DNA of 64,000 bases from NCBI GenBank assembly GCA_977020255.1, contig CDROCS010001688.1, positions 62,001 to 126,000 of the forward strand, in the 5' to 3' direction. The translations under genes were made by a program, and so were the position numbers. The stretch comes from Obrimoposthia wandeli. Taxonomy: Eukaryota. The notes beneath the pieces are model-generated. The model ran no database searches. It was not told where the DNA came from and saw nothing but the letters and a program-made list of their open reading frames with translations. Of this stretch, positions 9,889 through 19,809 are shown one piece after another; within the stretch, counting starts at the first letter, position 1, and the number at the start of each line of letters is the position of its first letter.

Positions 9889-10692
9889 TTAGTGACTTGG
9901 TTGAGTTGTTTGAGGCTGTGCTTGTTCAGAATCAGGCGTTTTAGTCGGTTGAGGTTCAGATCCCGCCTTTTCGTTGTAATTATCGAACTTGTATTCCATT
10001 TCTTGATTACGCATTTCACCAAAAAAGAAACGGCGCACGTTAGCTTTTAAATAGGTTAAGCCCATTTTGATGAAGCCTTCTTGTTCAAGGCGGCGAGGGT
10101 CGAAAGTAAACGTGATTGGCAGCATGCGGTAGCGCCAGGTTTTTGCAGCTCGTTTTACATAATCACAGTCTTCGCATAGGGTGATGCTTTCATCAAACCC
10201 GTCAATTTCATTGTGAACGCGTTTGGTCGAAAACAAGCATGCACCAACAGACGTCGGGAAGAAAAATGACGTAGCAAATAAACCAGCATTGAATACGCCG
10301 TAGCCAAGACGATAGCCCAGCGATAGCTCATCGGCCCCCATGTATACACCAGCAACGTCTAATTTGTTCTTATCAAGTTTGTGCAATGCACCCGTTAGAA
10401 ATGTTGGCGAAAGACGCACATCGGCATCAAGGAATAGCAAACGTTCGTTCTCTGCAAGGCAAGCGCCAGTATTGCGACCTAAGCTTGTACCTTTATTGTC
10501 CATTCGGTGAACAGTCAGCGCAGGTAAGGCTTTGGCAAAGCCCTTTGCAACGTCACATGTGTTATCGGTACTGTTTGAATCAACAACAATCACTTCAAAA
10601 TTTTGGTGAGTTTGTTTACTGAGATCATCCAATAGACGACCAATACGTTTTTCTTCATTTAGGGTAATAATAACAATGCTGATAGCGTTCAT
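9889..10692 (-). CDS. Glycosyltransferase family 2
   Basis: ISIVIITLNEE, VVDSNSTD, LLFLDAD (DxD), GFDESITLCEDCD. Confidence 0.9.
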   Translation of the reverse strand: MNAISIVIITLNEEKRIGRLLDDLSKQTHQNFEVIVVDSNSTDNTCDVAKGFAKALPALTVHRMDNKGTSLGRNTGACLAENERLLFLDADVRLSPTFLTGALHKLDKNKLDVAGVYMGADELSLGYRLGYGVFNAGLFATSFFFPTSVGACLFSTKRVHNEIDGFDESITLCEDCDYVKRAAKTWRYRMLPITFTFDPRRLEQEGFIKMGLTYLKANVRRFFFGEMRNQEMEYKFDNYNEKAGSEPQPTKTPDSEQAQPQTTQPSH

Positions 10693-10837
10693 AATTTCTC
10701 TCCTTAGTGGGTATAGAGTTGATTATGAAAGAGATGGGCTGAATAAAAGGTGAGGGCTTGATTCATATTTCGTTCATCAAGCCCTTATTTACGTTAGTTC
10801 GGGAGGCTGGCTAGTTTTCAGTAGTGTGAATGACTGT

Positions 10838-11935
10838 CTAATTTTTGCATTGAGGCTCTTTAAATTGGATAAGACGAACCAACAAATGGTGTCCTATCCA
10901 GATGGCGAGCGACGTGCCTATAACGGCAACAAAGATAGAGCTAAAGCGGTAGATGATAGAAAAAAAGGCGTCTTGCTGTTCAGGTACAAATGATGTTGTT
11001 AAGGGCACCGTTAATGCAGACATAGCAGAAAAACCAATGCTGGCTTTAATGGTACCCGATGCTAACCACTTACAGAATATACCTGCCGCAATTGCGTAAG
11101 CTATTAAAAATAATACTCCGTTATTAGAAAGTGTATATAAACTTAGCTGCACCATCATGCCGGCTACACAGCCTAAAAAAGTACCAATTATACGGATTTT
11201 TGCAGCCCCTAAAGAACCAATTAACGTCATAGGGGTTAAAACGATGAGTATGGATGCTTGTGCCGATAATGAATCACTTAAATCGGCAACTTGGAACAAG
11301 ATGAATGCTGCCATTGCAATAACCCAACCTAACGCTGCTTGTCGTACTCTGCCTATTTCATCTTTACGTTGGTTTCTAATGTGTATTTTTCTCTCATCAG
11401 CTGTTGATGTGCAAGCCTCTTTATTTGAGGTATTCGCGTTCTCTTTTTCTATGGAATCTGAAGATGAAATACTAACCAACGGTGACGGTGGTTTTTCAGG
11501 AAATAAATACAATGCCATAGCCACAATAGGCGCGGTAACAAGGGCTGAAGCCCATAATCCCATTACAAATTCTTCAAGATCAAAACTATTGAAGCTACCA
11601 AAGTTGAGTAAAATTGAGCCAATTAGTAGCCCTATATAACCAAATAAGTAATTACTTTTATGGGTCATTGCAATACATTTAAACATAAACATAATGCCAA
11701 CTGCCAACGTCATTAAAACAGGATAAGGTTGAAAGAACCCCAAAATAAAAGTGACTTGTATGCTAACCCAGACAACACCCAAGATTACTTGAATTAATAT
11801 GCCTGAGTTCCAGCGGTCAATTTGTGTTAATACAAATAAGGGTATTAATGCGGCAAACAAGCCGTAAGACCAACCAAATAATAATGTTACAGCTAACCCC
11901 GCGACACAACCGAACCATATACGCATTATTTTCAT
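10838..11935 (-). CDS. DUF2955 / FUSC-like inner-membrane transporter
   Basis: Multi-TM; RIWFGCVAGL N-terminus, RIIGTFLGC; downstream of an HlyD-family gene. Confidence 0.7.
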   Translation of the reverse strand: MKIMRIWFGCVAGLAVTLLFGWSYGLFAALIPLFVLTQIDRWNSGILIQVILGVVWVSIQVTFILGFFQPYPVLMTLAVGIMFMFKCIAMTHKSNYLFGYIGLLIGSILLNFGSFNSFDLEEFVMGLWASALVTAPIVAMALYLFPEKPPSPLVSISSSDSIEKENANTSNKEACTSTADERKIHIRNQRKDEIGRVRQAALGWVIAMAAFILFQVADLSDSLSAQASILIVLTPMTLIGSLGAAKIRIIGTFLGCVAGMMVQLSLYTLSNNGVLFLIAYAIAAGIFCKWLASGTIKASIGFSAMSALTVPLTTSFVPEQQDAFFSIIYRFSSIFVAVIGTSLAIWIGHHLLVRLIQFKEPQCKN

Positions 11936-11964
11936 TATCGATTACTCACGTTAATAGCGATGCT

Positions 11965-13032
11965 TTAGTAGATGTAGTGCAACATACCAACTAGCGAAAT
12001 TTGTATCTTGGCCAATAATGACCAAATAGGCTTGTTGTCAGGGTAAAGAACAACAGTGGCTCGTGACCCGATAAAGAGTTGTTTAGGTAAAGGTTCATCG
12101 GTTGATAAATTCACACGTACCCGTTGGGCATCTCGTACCCATCTGTTATTTGTTTCCACAGCCGTTAATTTACCATTAGGACTTTGCTGTGCGGCGGCTA
12201 CACCAAAATCACGGCTTTGAATGTTGAATGCGAATGTTTCGCCGGGGAAAGCATCAAAAGTCACTAAGGCAGTTGAATGCTCATTCATTAGTGCAATGGC
12301 CTTTTCTCGAAAATCAGCCGCTACCCATAACGAATCGGTTGGAATGAATGTCAATAATGGCATGTTAGTACTTGCTGTGCTGCCGACTTCAAGCTGTAAG
12401 TTGGTAATAACGCCATCACTCGGTGCATTAACTTGGGTGTGTGATAAGTCGAGATTCGCTTGCTCTAGGGCGTTTTCAGCAGCGTGAACCATACTACTTT
12501 CTCCGGGAGTTATGCCTAGTTGCACTTGTAATGAAAGTAAGTCTTGTTGCGCAGCATGAAGGTTAGATAAAGCGACACTGTTATTTGCTAGCGCCTTATC
12601 TAGCATTGACGCTGATACCAGTTTTTGTCGTGCCAATTCTTTCACGCGTTGATATTCATTGCGCGCATTATTATAAGACGCCTGAGTGGTGGCCACTTTT
12701 GCCTTACCAGAGCTCACTTTTGCGTACAAGGCACTTTCTTGTTCATGAGCCTGTTTAAGGGCGACTTCTGCTTTTGCAACTGCCAACGAATATCGACTTG
12801 TATCAATAGTAAAAAGAGGCGCCCCTTTTTTGACTGCTTGGTTATTACCCACTTGTACATCTGTAACAGTACCTGTGACTTCTGGTGCAATCTGAATAAC
12901 ATAACCTTGAACACGACTTTCAGTTGTTAAAGGAGCATATCTATCTGCCACCACTATGTAGCCGGCGAAAAGAATAAAAAGAATGATGAGGCTTTGCATC
13001 CAACGGCGAAATTTTAATTCAGCAGTTTGCAT
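11965..13032 (-). CDS. HlyD-family membrane fusion (adaptor) protein
   Basis: N-terminal TM, IAPEVTGTV, V.APSDGVITNL, NNRWVRDAQRVRV. Confidence 0.9.
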   Translation of the reverse strand: MQTAELKFRRWMQSLIILFILFAGYIVVADRYAPLTTESRVQGYVIQIAPEVTGTVTDVQVGNNQAVKKGAPLFTIDTSRYSLAVAKAEVALKQAHEQESALYAKVSSGKAKVATTQASYNNARNEYQRVKELARQKLVSASMLDKALANNSVALSNLHAAQQDLLSLQVQLGITPGESSMVHAAENALEQANLDLSHTQVNAPSDGVITNLQLEVGSTASTNMPLLTFIPTDSLWVAADFREKAIALMNEHSTALVTFDAFPGETFAFNIQSRDFGVAAAQQSPNGKLTAVETNNRWVRDAQRVRVNLSTDEPLPKQLFIGSRATVVLYPDNKPIWSLLAKIQISLVGMLHYIY

Positions 13033-13131
13033 GGAATGTCCGACTGTCGATAAATAAGACTCTATTATAGAAATTTCTGATTAGATTAAATAGAATGACA
13101 AATATGACATTTGCGACCTATTGGTGAGACA

Positions 13132-14010
13132 ATGAAAGTAAGCATGGATGATCTTTATCTGTTTGTTTTAACAGTAAGGCATGGCGGAATAAGTGCCGCT
13201 GCCAAGGCATATTCGTTACAACGTTCAAAAGTGAGCCGAAGGTTACAAGAATTAGAAAAAGCGCTTGGCAGTCAATTACTCATTCGAACCACTCGACATA
13301 TCGAGTTAACAGAAAATGGACGTTTACTGTACGAGCAAGTGAATCAGCCTCTAACAATGGCTAATCAAGCGGTAAACTTGCTTGAAAACCGACAAAAAGA
13401 GTTACAAGGTGTATTGCGAATAGCGGTGCCTGCGGCGTTAATTACGTCTAGTATGTTTGCTGAGCTGATTGATAAATATGCAGTCCGTTTTCCTAATGTA
13501 TTACTAGAAATACAACACTGCCAAGAAAGTATCGACTTGAAGCGAGATAATATCGATCTACAGTTATTGCCTAATATTCTGAAGGTGGTTAATGAAGATT
13601 ATGTTCAGCAAACCTTATTGCCATTTCCTTGCTGCTTAGTGGCTTCACCCAGTTATATTGCTACACATGGTGTACCTAAAGATCTTGCGAATTTAATGGA
13701 CCATCGCATTTTAGTAAGCAGATATAATTCGACCGCACTGGCTGATGGCTTAATGATTCGATTGTGTTCTGATGATTTACGTTTAATACACCACATGGCG
13801 AAATCAGCGCATGGTATCGCGTTATTGCCGACAATACTGGTTCGTGATGCAGTCACTGCGGGTGAGCTGGTTTATGTATTATCTGAAGAGCGCTTTCCAG
13901 AAATTAAGCTCACTTTAATCTACCCTTCACGAGAATATTTGCCAGAAAAAACCCGTGTGATGATTCAGTTGTTACGTGAAACTTTTACCAATGATAGTGT
14001 GACGTTGTAA
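13132..14010 (+). CDS. LysR-family regulator, divergent from the HlyD-DUF2955 operon
   Basis: GGISAAAKAYSLQRSKVSRRLQELEKALGSQLLIRTTR HTH. Confidence 0.9.
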   Translation: MKVSMDDLYLFVLTVRHGGISAAAKAYSLQRSKVSRRLQELEKALGSQLLIRTTRHIELTENGRLLYEQVNQPLTMANQAVNLLENRQKELQGVLRIAVPAALITSSMFAELIDKYAVRFPNVLLEIQHCQESIDLKRDNIDLQLLPNILKVVNEDYVQQTLLPFPCCLVASPSYIATHGVPKDLANLMDHRILVSRYNSTALADGLMIRLCSDDLRLIHHMAKSAHGIALLPTILVRDAVTAGELVYVLSEERFPEIKLTLIYPSREYLPEKTRVMIQLLRETFTNDSVTL

Positions 14011-14195
14011 CCTTGTTTTAAACGTGCTGACAAAACCTGAACGTGTCAGTCTGAATGAGAAATTTTACTTAATAGTTAGCGAGATGTGTCTATTTTCACT
14101 ATGTTTATTGAGTGGCACTCATTCAATAAATTAAAACGACCGTATAAAAATGCGGCAATATATAACGTTGTTATTTCTAGTATCAAGGAGTCGAT

Positions 14196-15509
14196 ATGAA
14201 GCATTTGCTCTCAGCGGTCGCCCTTTGCCTTGGCATGACGGGAGTCGCACAAGCAATGAAAGTAGAAGATGTAAAAACCCTAACTCTAGAAAATGGTATG
14301 AAAATATTGGTGGTAGAGGATTACACAATCCCCAACGCTAATATGTATTTATTCTGGAAAGTCGGTTCACGTAACGAAGCTCTGGGTATTACCGGCTTGT
14401 CCCATTTCTTTGAACATATGATGTTTAATGGGGCAAAGAAATACGGTCCGAAAATGTTTGATCGTGCAATGGAATCTGCTGGTGGTGCAAACAATGCTTA
14501 TACCACAGAAAATACCACGGTATACACCAATTGGTTCCCTTCTAGTTCGGTTGAAAAAATTTTTGATTTAGAAGCTGATCGTATTGCTCATCTTGATATT
14601 AATGAAAAGATGCTAGAAAGCGAACGCGCTGTTGTGATGTCTGAACGTCGAACAGGTTTAGAAAATTCAAATTGGCGAGTGCTTAATGAAGAAGTTAAAG
14701 CGGCTGCATTCCGGGTTCATCCTTATAGTTGGTCAGTTATTGGCCATGAATCTGATATTTTAAATTGGAAGCTGGATGATTTAGTTGAATATCATAAAAC
14801 GTATTATGCGCCGAATAATGCCGTTGTGGTGATTACAGGGGCGGTTGAATTTGATGAAATTAAAACACTGTCAGAAAAATATTTCACGCCGATACCTTCT
14901 CAGCCCGAGCCTCGTAAAGTCACGGCGATAGAGCCTGCGCAAAAAGGTGAACGTCGCGTTTATGTTCAAAAAAGTTCGGTTACCACCCCGAATATGATGT
15001 TGGCGTATCATGTGCCGCAAACCACACATCAAGACTATTACGCGCTATCTTTACTCGAAACTATTTTAGGTTGGGGAGGAAGTTCACGGTTAGAGCGTAA
15101 TATTGTCGATGAAGGGTTAGCGATTTCTGCTGATACTCATATGCCAATGTCGATTGATCCTAATTTGTTTTATTTCTATTTAGTGGCGAGCGAAGGTACA
15201 AGTTCAGATGAACTAGAAAAAGCCTTTATTACACAGTTAGATGACGTGATTAAAAAAGGCGTGACAGAACAAGAGCTCACTAAAGCGAAAAATATGAAGC
15301 TAATGGATTTTTATCGAGAGCTTGAAACTATTGATGGGAAATCAAATACGATTGGTACGTATGAATTATATTTTGGTAGCTATAAAGCTTTGTTTGATGC
15401 CCCAAGCGAATTTGACAAAGTGACAACAGACGACATCAAACGTGTCGCCCATATTTACTTTCGACAATCTAACCGCACTGTTGGTGTGTTAGATGCCACT
15501 GAACAGTAG
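14196..15509 (+). CDS. M16 zinc peptidase, catalytic subunit, secreted
   Basis: Signal peptide (AQA); GSRNE...GLSHFFEHMMF (HxxEH); NAYTT; VVMSERR. Confidence 0.9.
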   Translation: MKHLLSAVALCLGMTGVAQAMKVEDVKTLTLENGMKILVVEDYTIPNANMYLFWKVGSRNEALGITGLSHFFEHMMFNGAKKYGPKMFDRAMESAGGANNAYTTENTTVYTNWFPSSSVEKIFDLEADRIAHLDINEKMLESERAVVMSERRTGLENSNWRVLNEEVKAAAFRVHPYSWSVIGHESDILNWKLDDLVEYHKTYYAPNNAVVVITGAVEFDEIKTLSEKYFTPIPSQPEPRKVTAIEPAQKGERRVYVQKSSVTTPNMMLAYHVPQTTHQDYYALSLLETILGWGGSSRLERNIVDEGLAISADTHMPMSIDPNLFYFYLVASEGTSSDELEKAFITQLDDVIKKGVTEQELTKAKNMKLMDFYRELETIDGKSNTIGTYELYFGSYKALFDAPSEFDKVTTDDIKRVAHIYFRQSNRTVGVLDATEQ

Positions 15510-15522
15510 AGGAGTGAAAGTA

Positions 15523-17283
15523 ATGACGATAAAATTACCGATTTTAGTCGCTTTTAGCTTGGCACTTGTCGCCTGTACCCTTCCACCAAGCGCTAATAAT
15601 ACCCTTCCATCAAGCTCTAATAATACCAATATGCAAGCGCCAGCCAATGAAGCAACGATGGAGCAGATGATTGCGGTAACTAACAAGAAATCCGCGATTT
15701 TTAATACAACAGCATCGACTTCTACAGCACTGAATACAGCTTCTGAAACAAATAACACTGAGGGAAAGATCGGTATAATAATGGATGCTTCGGTAACGTC
15801 GAACAATAATAAGGTTTCAAGTGTGGTGAGTGAAAGTGGTATAAACGCAACGCCACAACCTTTGGGCTTTGAAGATAAAACCGATACCGAACGTTTAGCA
15901 GGGGCTAGAGGTGATAGCCGACTGATTATTGAAAAAAAGGATAGCACGGTGAAAAAAGGGCAGTTTTCTTTTCCCCAATACAGAAAAGCAGTGCTTGCAA
16001 ATGGCATGACTGTTTATTTGCTAGAGAAACATGATATTCCGGTTATTACCGTGAAAGCTATCATTAAGGCAGGTTCAGTGAACGATCCTATTTCTGGTTT
16101 AGCTTCAATGACAGCGGAAGGTTTGTTATTGGGAACCAAGAAATATAACAAAGTGCAGCTAGAGCAAGTTACCGATAATATCGGTGCTGGTTTTGATGCG
16201 GGATCGAATAAAGAATCTAGCTATATCAATGCTGACTTTCTCACGAAAGATGCAGATGTCATGTTTGATGTAATTAGGTCGGTACTGACTGAACCGACCT
16301 TTAATGCTAAAGAATTTGCTAAATTTCAAAAACAGAATGTAGAATTACTGGCGCAGCAAAAAGAAAGTCCAAATAAGGTTATTCGGGGTTATTACTCAAA
16401 ATTTGTGTTTGATAAACATGCGTACGCCAATCCAGTAGAAGGCGATCAACAGTCAATAGCGACCATTACGCCTAAACAATTAGCAACGTTCCACAACTCT
16501 TATTACCAGCCAGTCAATACTGCCATTACCGTGGTAGGCGATTTCAATGCCAACGTGATGAAGCTTGAATTAGAAGCCTTGTTTGCAGATTGGAATAATA
16601 CGCAGCCTGTGCCGCAGCTTGATTTAAATTATGCCGTGCCAGTGATGGATAAAAGTCGAGTGCTGGTGGTCAATAAAGCTAACGCGACCGAAACAACCTT
16701 CATTTTTGGTGGGGTAGGTATAGCAAAAGACAACCCCGACTATATTGGTATTCAATTAGTCAATACCATTTTAGGTGGGCGATTTACATCATGGCTTAAC
16801 GATGAATTACGGGTGAATTCAGGATTGACTTACGGAGCAGGATCAGGCTTTAGTGCTTGGTCTCAATCAGGTTTATTTTCAATTAGCTCGTTCACCCAAA
16901 CGTCAACAACAGAGCGAGCGGTTGACTTAGCAATAGAAACGTATGAACGCCTATGGGAAAAAGGGGTCGATCAAGAAACACTTGATTCAGCAAAAGCCTA
17001 TTTGAAAGGCCAGTTTCCACCTCGTTATGAAACATCTGAGCAATTGGCTGAGGTGTTAGGTGATATGTACGTTTACGGTATTAATGAAAGTTATATTAAC
17101 AACTTTGAAAAGCAAGTTGATTCTTTGACGCTTGATGATACTCATAGCCTCGTTAACCAATATTTCCCCAATAAAAATTTACAGTTTGTGATGATAGGCA
17201 AAGCTGCAGAACTGCAACCGTTTGTGAGTAAATATGGTTCAGTTGAGATGTTAAATATTGAGCAAGTCGGGTTTGGCGGTTAA
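15523..17283 (+). CDS. M16 peptidase non-catalytic subunit, lipoprotein with long low-complexity N-terminus
   Basis: Lipobox ALVAC; no HxxEH; RFTSWLNDELRVNSGLTYG motif of the M16B partner subunit. Confidence 0.85.
   Translation: MTIKLPILVAFSLALVACTLPPSANNTLPSSSNNTNMQAPANEATMEQMIAVTNKKSAIFNTTASTSTALNTASETNNTEGKIGIIMDASVTSNNNKVSSVVSESGINATPQPLGFEDKTDTERLAGARGDSRLIIEKKDSTVKKGQFSFPQYRKAVLANGMTVYLLEKHDIPVITVKAIIKAGSVNDPISGLASMTAEGLLLGTKKYNKVQLEQVTDNIGAGFDAGSNKESSYINADFLTKDADVMFDVIRSVLTEPTFNAKEFAKFQKQNVELLAQQKESPNKVIRGYYSKFVFDKHAYANPVEGDQQSIATITPKQLATFHNSYYQPVNTAITVVGDFNANVMKLELEALFADWNNTQPVPQLDLNYAVPVMDKSRVLVVNKANATETTFIFGGVGIAKDNPDYIGIQLVNTILGGRFTSWLNDELRVNSGLTYGAGSGFSAWSQSGLFSISSFTQTSTTERAVDLAIETYERLWEKGVDQETLDSAKAYLKGQFPPRYETSEQLAEVLGDMYVYGINESYINNFEKQVDSLTLDDTHSLVNQYFPNKNLQFVMIGKAAELQPFVSKYGSVEMLNIEQVGFGG
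15577..15624 (+). repeat. Intragenic 24-bp tandem repeat x2 (TLPPSANN / TLPSSSNN)
   Basis: acccttccaccaagcgctaataat / acccttccatcaagctctaataat. Confidence 0.8.
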
Positions 17284-17285
17284 AG

Positions 17286-17681
17286 CTAATTAGGTAATCG
17301 CGCATAAAACGCGGCAGCTTGTTTACTCTCCCATTCTGGTTTATCTAAAGTGAGATCATGTCCTGCCGTAGAGTGGCTAATTAATGGCCACTCAGTATGC
17401 TTAGAAAGTGCCTTGCTGCATTGATGGCTGACTAGGCGATCGTTTGATGATCCAAGTAACATCGCTGGTTGCTTGGGTTTATCAGTAAAACGGAATATGG
17501 CAGATGCAAGCAACTGGTTGAATGCGTTTTGTGTTGTTATAGGGCACTCGTTTTTCCATTGTGTCCAATTTTCAATGACTTTAGCTTGTCTTGGTTGGTT
17601 CGATGTCATGTTGAATATTAACGTTTCTTGTTGTTCTGATTGACTTAATAGCATACGAATTATGGTTAGGTATAACTGCAT
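17286..17681 (-). pseudogene. C-terminal remnant of an alpha/beta-fold hydrolase
   Basis: PAMLLGSSNDRLV (acid) and AGHDLTLD (His) present; no nucleophile-elbow half upstream. Confidence 0.55.
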
Positions 17682-17954
17682 CTAGTGAGTCTTTTTTGCC
17701 ATCATTAAACGGTAATCTTCACTGCCAATAACCCATGATGGTCGATTAATTATTTTGGCAATAATGAATGTTGGCAATATACAGATTAATAACGGCAGCG
17801 ATTCATGTAAGTAGAGTGAGGCGAGTGTTTTTTCATCAGAGACGTAATTTAATACGGCAAGAACATCGAAAATAGCGCCTAGTAGTGCGAGAACCGAGAG
17901 TATGACGAGAATCAACCCAAGAAAGTCGCGTAAATATACTTTAGATGCGTCCAT
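17682..17954 (-). CDS. Small hypothetical membrane protein (90 aa, 2 TM)
   Basis: Two hydrophobic segments; RBS GGAG upstream. Confidence 0.7.
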   Translation of the reverse strand: MDASKVYLRDFLGLILVILSVLALLGAIFDVLAVLNYVSDEKTLASLYLHESLPLLICILPTFIIAKIINRPSWVIGSEDYRLMMAKKTH

Positions 17955-18054
17955 TTATAATACTCCTGTAAGCGTGGTGCATATTTATGGGTGATGATTT
18001 GTCTCTACCCATTCCCTGTGGTGTTAAATATACGCCTAGAGGATTAACGCTAAA

Positions 18055-18068
18055 TTGATTTACATCAT
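18055..18068 (-). promoter_or_regulatory. FNR-like site
   Basis: TTGAT-ttac-ATCAT (9/10 to TTGAT-N4-ATCAA); minus-strand TATATT at 18027-18032 gives class II spacing. Confidence 0.55.
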
Positions 18069-18103
18069 ACAAATGGATTGATTCAAATGTAAAAAACAAA
18101 AAC

Positions 18104-18133
18104 GGCTTAACACCAAGATGTTAAGCCTTTTTT
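18104..18133. terminator. Rho-independent terminator, likely bidirectional
   Basis: ggcttaaca-ccaaga-tgttaagcc with T/A tracts on both sides. Confidence 0.75.
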
Positions 18134-18155
18134 AAAGAAAGTGACAGGTTCTGTA

Positions 18156-18803
18156 TTAGAAGCTGTAGCGAGCACCTACTTGGTAGCTCATTTCTTTTAA
18201 TTCATTGTAATCACGGTGCATTAGGTTTGCTTCAATGCTCATGTGGTCAGATACTTTAATGTTGTTACCAAGGCGAACTTCGTACATTGCTTTGTCGTAA
18301 TCAGCAACACGTACCGCTGGCTCAACAGTCCACTTGCTCATTAGCTGATAGCGTGCACCGATTTCACCTGTAATACCTGAATCATCAACGCGGCGTACGT
18401 GAGAAACATTAGATGTATTAGATAATTCTAATTCGTTTAATGTACTAGAGAAACCAGCCAAACCGTATACGGTTAAGTCGTTATTGATTGGGTGAAAGTA
18501 ACCTAAGCCTAGTACGCTGTTAGAAATAGTTAGATCATCTTTAACGGTTGCATCACCACGCGTTTCTACAAAGAAGTTGTCAGTGAAGTTCCAGCTACCA
18601 CGTAAATACATACCAGCAGTATTGTCCGTTTTGCCCAATCGTGATGATTTAAGATCATGATTATAAGTTGAAATTTGTAAACCACCTGAAACGTAGCTGA
18701 AGTTTTGTGTCAGGTTTTGTTGTGTTGTTTCAGTCGTTTCCGCTTGTGCAGTAAAAGTTGTAGCTAAAAGAGTTGCTAGGGGAAGTAGCATTAATTTGTT
18801 CAT
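18156..18803 (-). CDS. Outer-membrane beta-barrel protein
   Basis: Signal peptide (AQA), alternating beta-strand pattern, C-terminal YQVGARYSF. Confidence 0.85.
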   Translation of the reverse strand: MNKLMLLPLATLLATTFTAQAETTETTQQNLTQNFSYVSGGLQISTYNHDLKSSRLGKTDNTAGMYLRGSWNFTDNFFVETRGDATVKDDLTISNSVLGLGYFHPINNDLTVYGLAGFSSTLNELELSNTSNVSHVRRVDDSGITGEIGARYQLMSKWTVEPAVRVADYDKAMYEVRLGNNIKVSDHMSIEANLMHRDYNELKEMSYQVGARYSF

Positions 18804-19034
18804 TTTAAATTCCTAATTATATTTATGACAACATTTTAATTACTTAATGTTGTTCTTATATTGTTCTTATGTTTTCAATAATGAGGATCTTACCCCCATT
18901 AAAAACATTGTGCAATAACTATTTGCACGACGTTTTTTATTAATAGTTTATTGATCGGTTTATTTTTTATTAAGTCATGCGGAGTGGCTGTTGGTTTTTA
19001 AAGGTCGTTTCATGTAGCCGTTCAAACAAAATAA

Positions 19035-19721
19035 TTATTCACCTTGAAGTACCCAGTGAAAGGCATCAGAGAATACTTTTTTTCCATTTTTCGGAATAAC
19101 TAATCCATGAGATAAGATGATACGATCGAAGGGCCATGTAAGAATTTCTTGAATTGATTGGCGTAAGCGGGTCTTATCTTTGAATGATAATCGCCAATAG
19201 AAAGGCATAGCAGGCTGGTAATAACATCCATTTATGAAGGCTAGTACCAGTGTGAGTGGGTTGTAGCTATTGTGTAGCCATGCCAACGTATCGCCAACGA
19301 TTAATGTTTTAGATTGTGGATCACAAAATACGATCTCTTCCATCGTATCGCTGCCACGTACAATCGTTTGAAGTAATTGATTCCGCCATAGATCGGGGGT
19401 TTTTGCACCTAATGCATCATCGAATGCTAAGTCAGTTCTTTTTTGTTGTAAGCCTGGTGGGGCGAAAAAATACGCTTCAGGGTAGGCAAACCACCACTCT
19501 GATAAAAACAAATGATGGTTCATATTCGGTGTGACGATTGCTTGAACTTGCCCTAATTTCGTTAACTCTAGTTGAAGTTGTGTGGTGAGTTGAACGGGAG
19601 AATGAATAAGCAGTTTGTCATTTTCGAGTCGGATAACCGTCATGCGGCTGCCCACAGGTATACCATTTACCTTGAGTGGCATATCGATGTACCAGATGCG
19701 ATCTTTCGTCCATTCAATCAT
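19035..19721 (-). CDS. DUF4336-family protein
   Basis: GSRMTVIRL, LLIHSPV, IVTPNMNHHLF, EEIVF, FDRIILSHG. Confidence 0.8.
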   Translation of the reverse strand: MIEWTKDRIWYIDMPLKVNGIPVGSRMTVIRLENDKLLIHSPVQLTTQLQLELTKLGQVQAIVTPNMNHHLFLSEWWFAYPEAYFFAPPGLQQKRTDLAFDDALGAKTPDLWRNQLLQTIVRGSDTMEEIVFCDPQSKTLIVGDTLAWLHNSYNPLTLVLAFINGCYYQPAMPFYWRLSFKDKTRLRQSIQEILTWPFDRIILSHGLVIPKNGKKVFSDAFHWVLQGE

Positions 19722-19809
19722 TGGTTATCCTTAACCGGTTAATGAACGAGTGTATGAGAGCAATGCTTTCAAACACTCGTTGAATGGGCTAAATAGCGTA
19801 CTGTTCTCT

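Noticed and set aside
18901-18937. GTGCAA-N7-TTGCAC palindrome as an operator
   Set aside because: Flanked by A and T tracts and downstream of the DUF4336 gene; more simply a minus-strand terminator.
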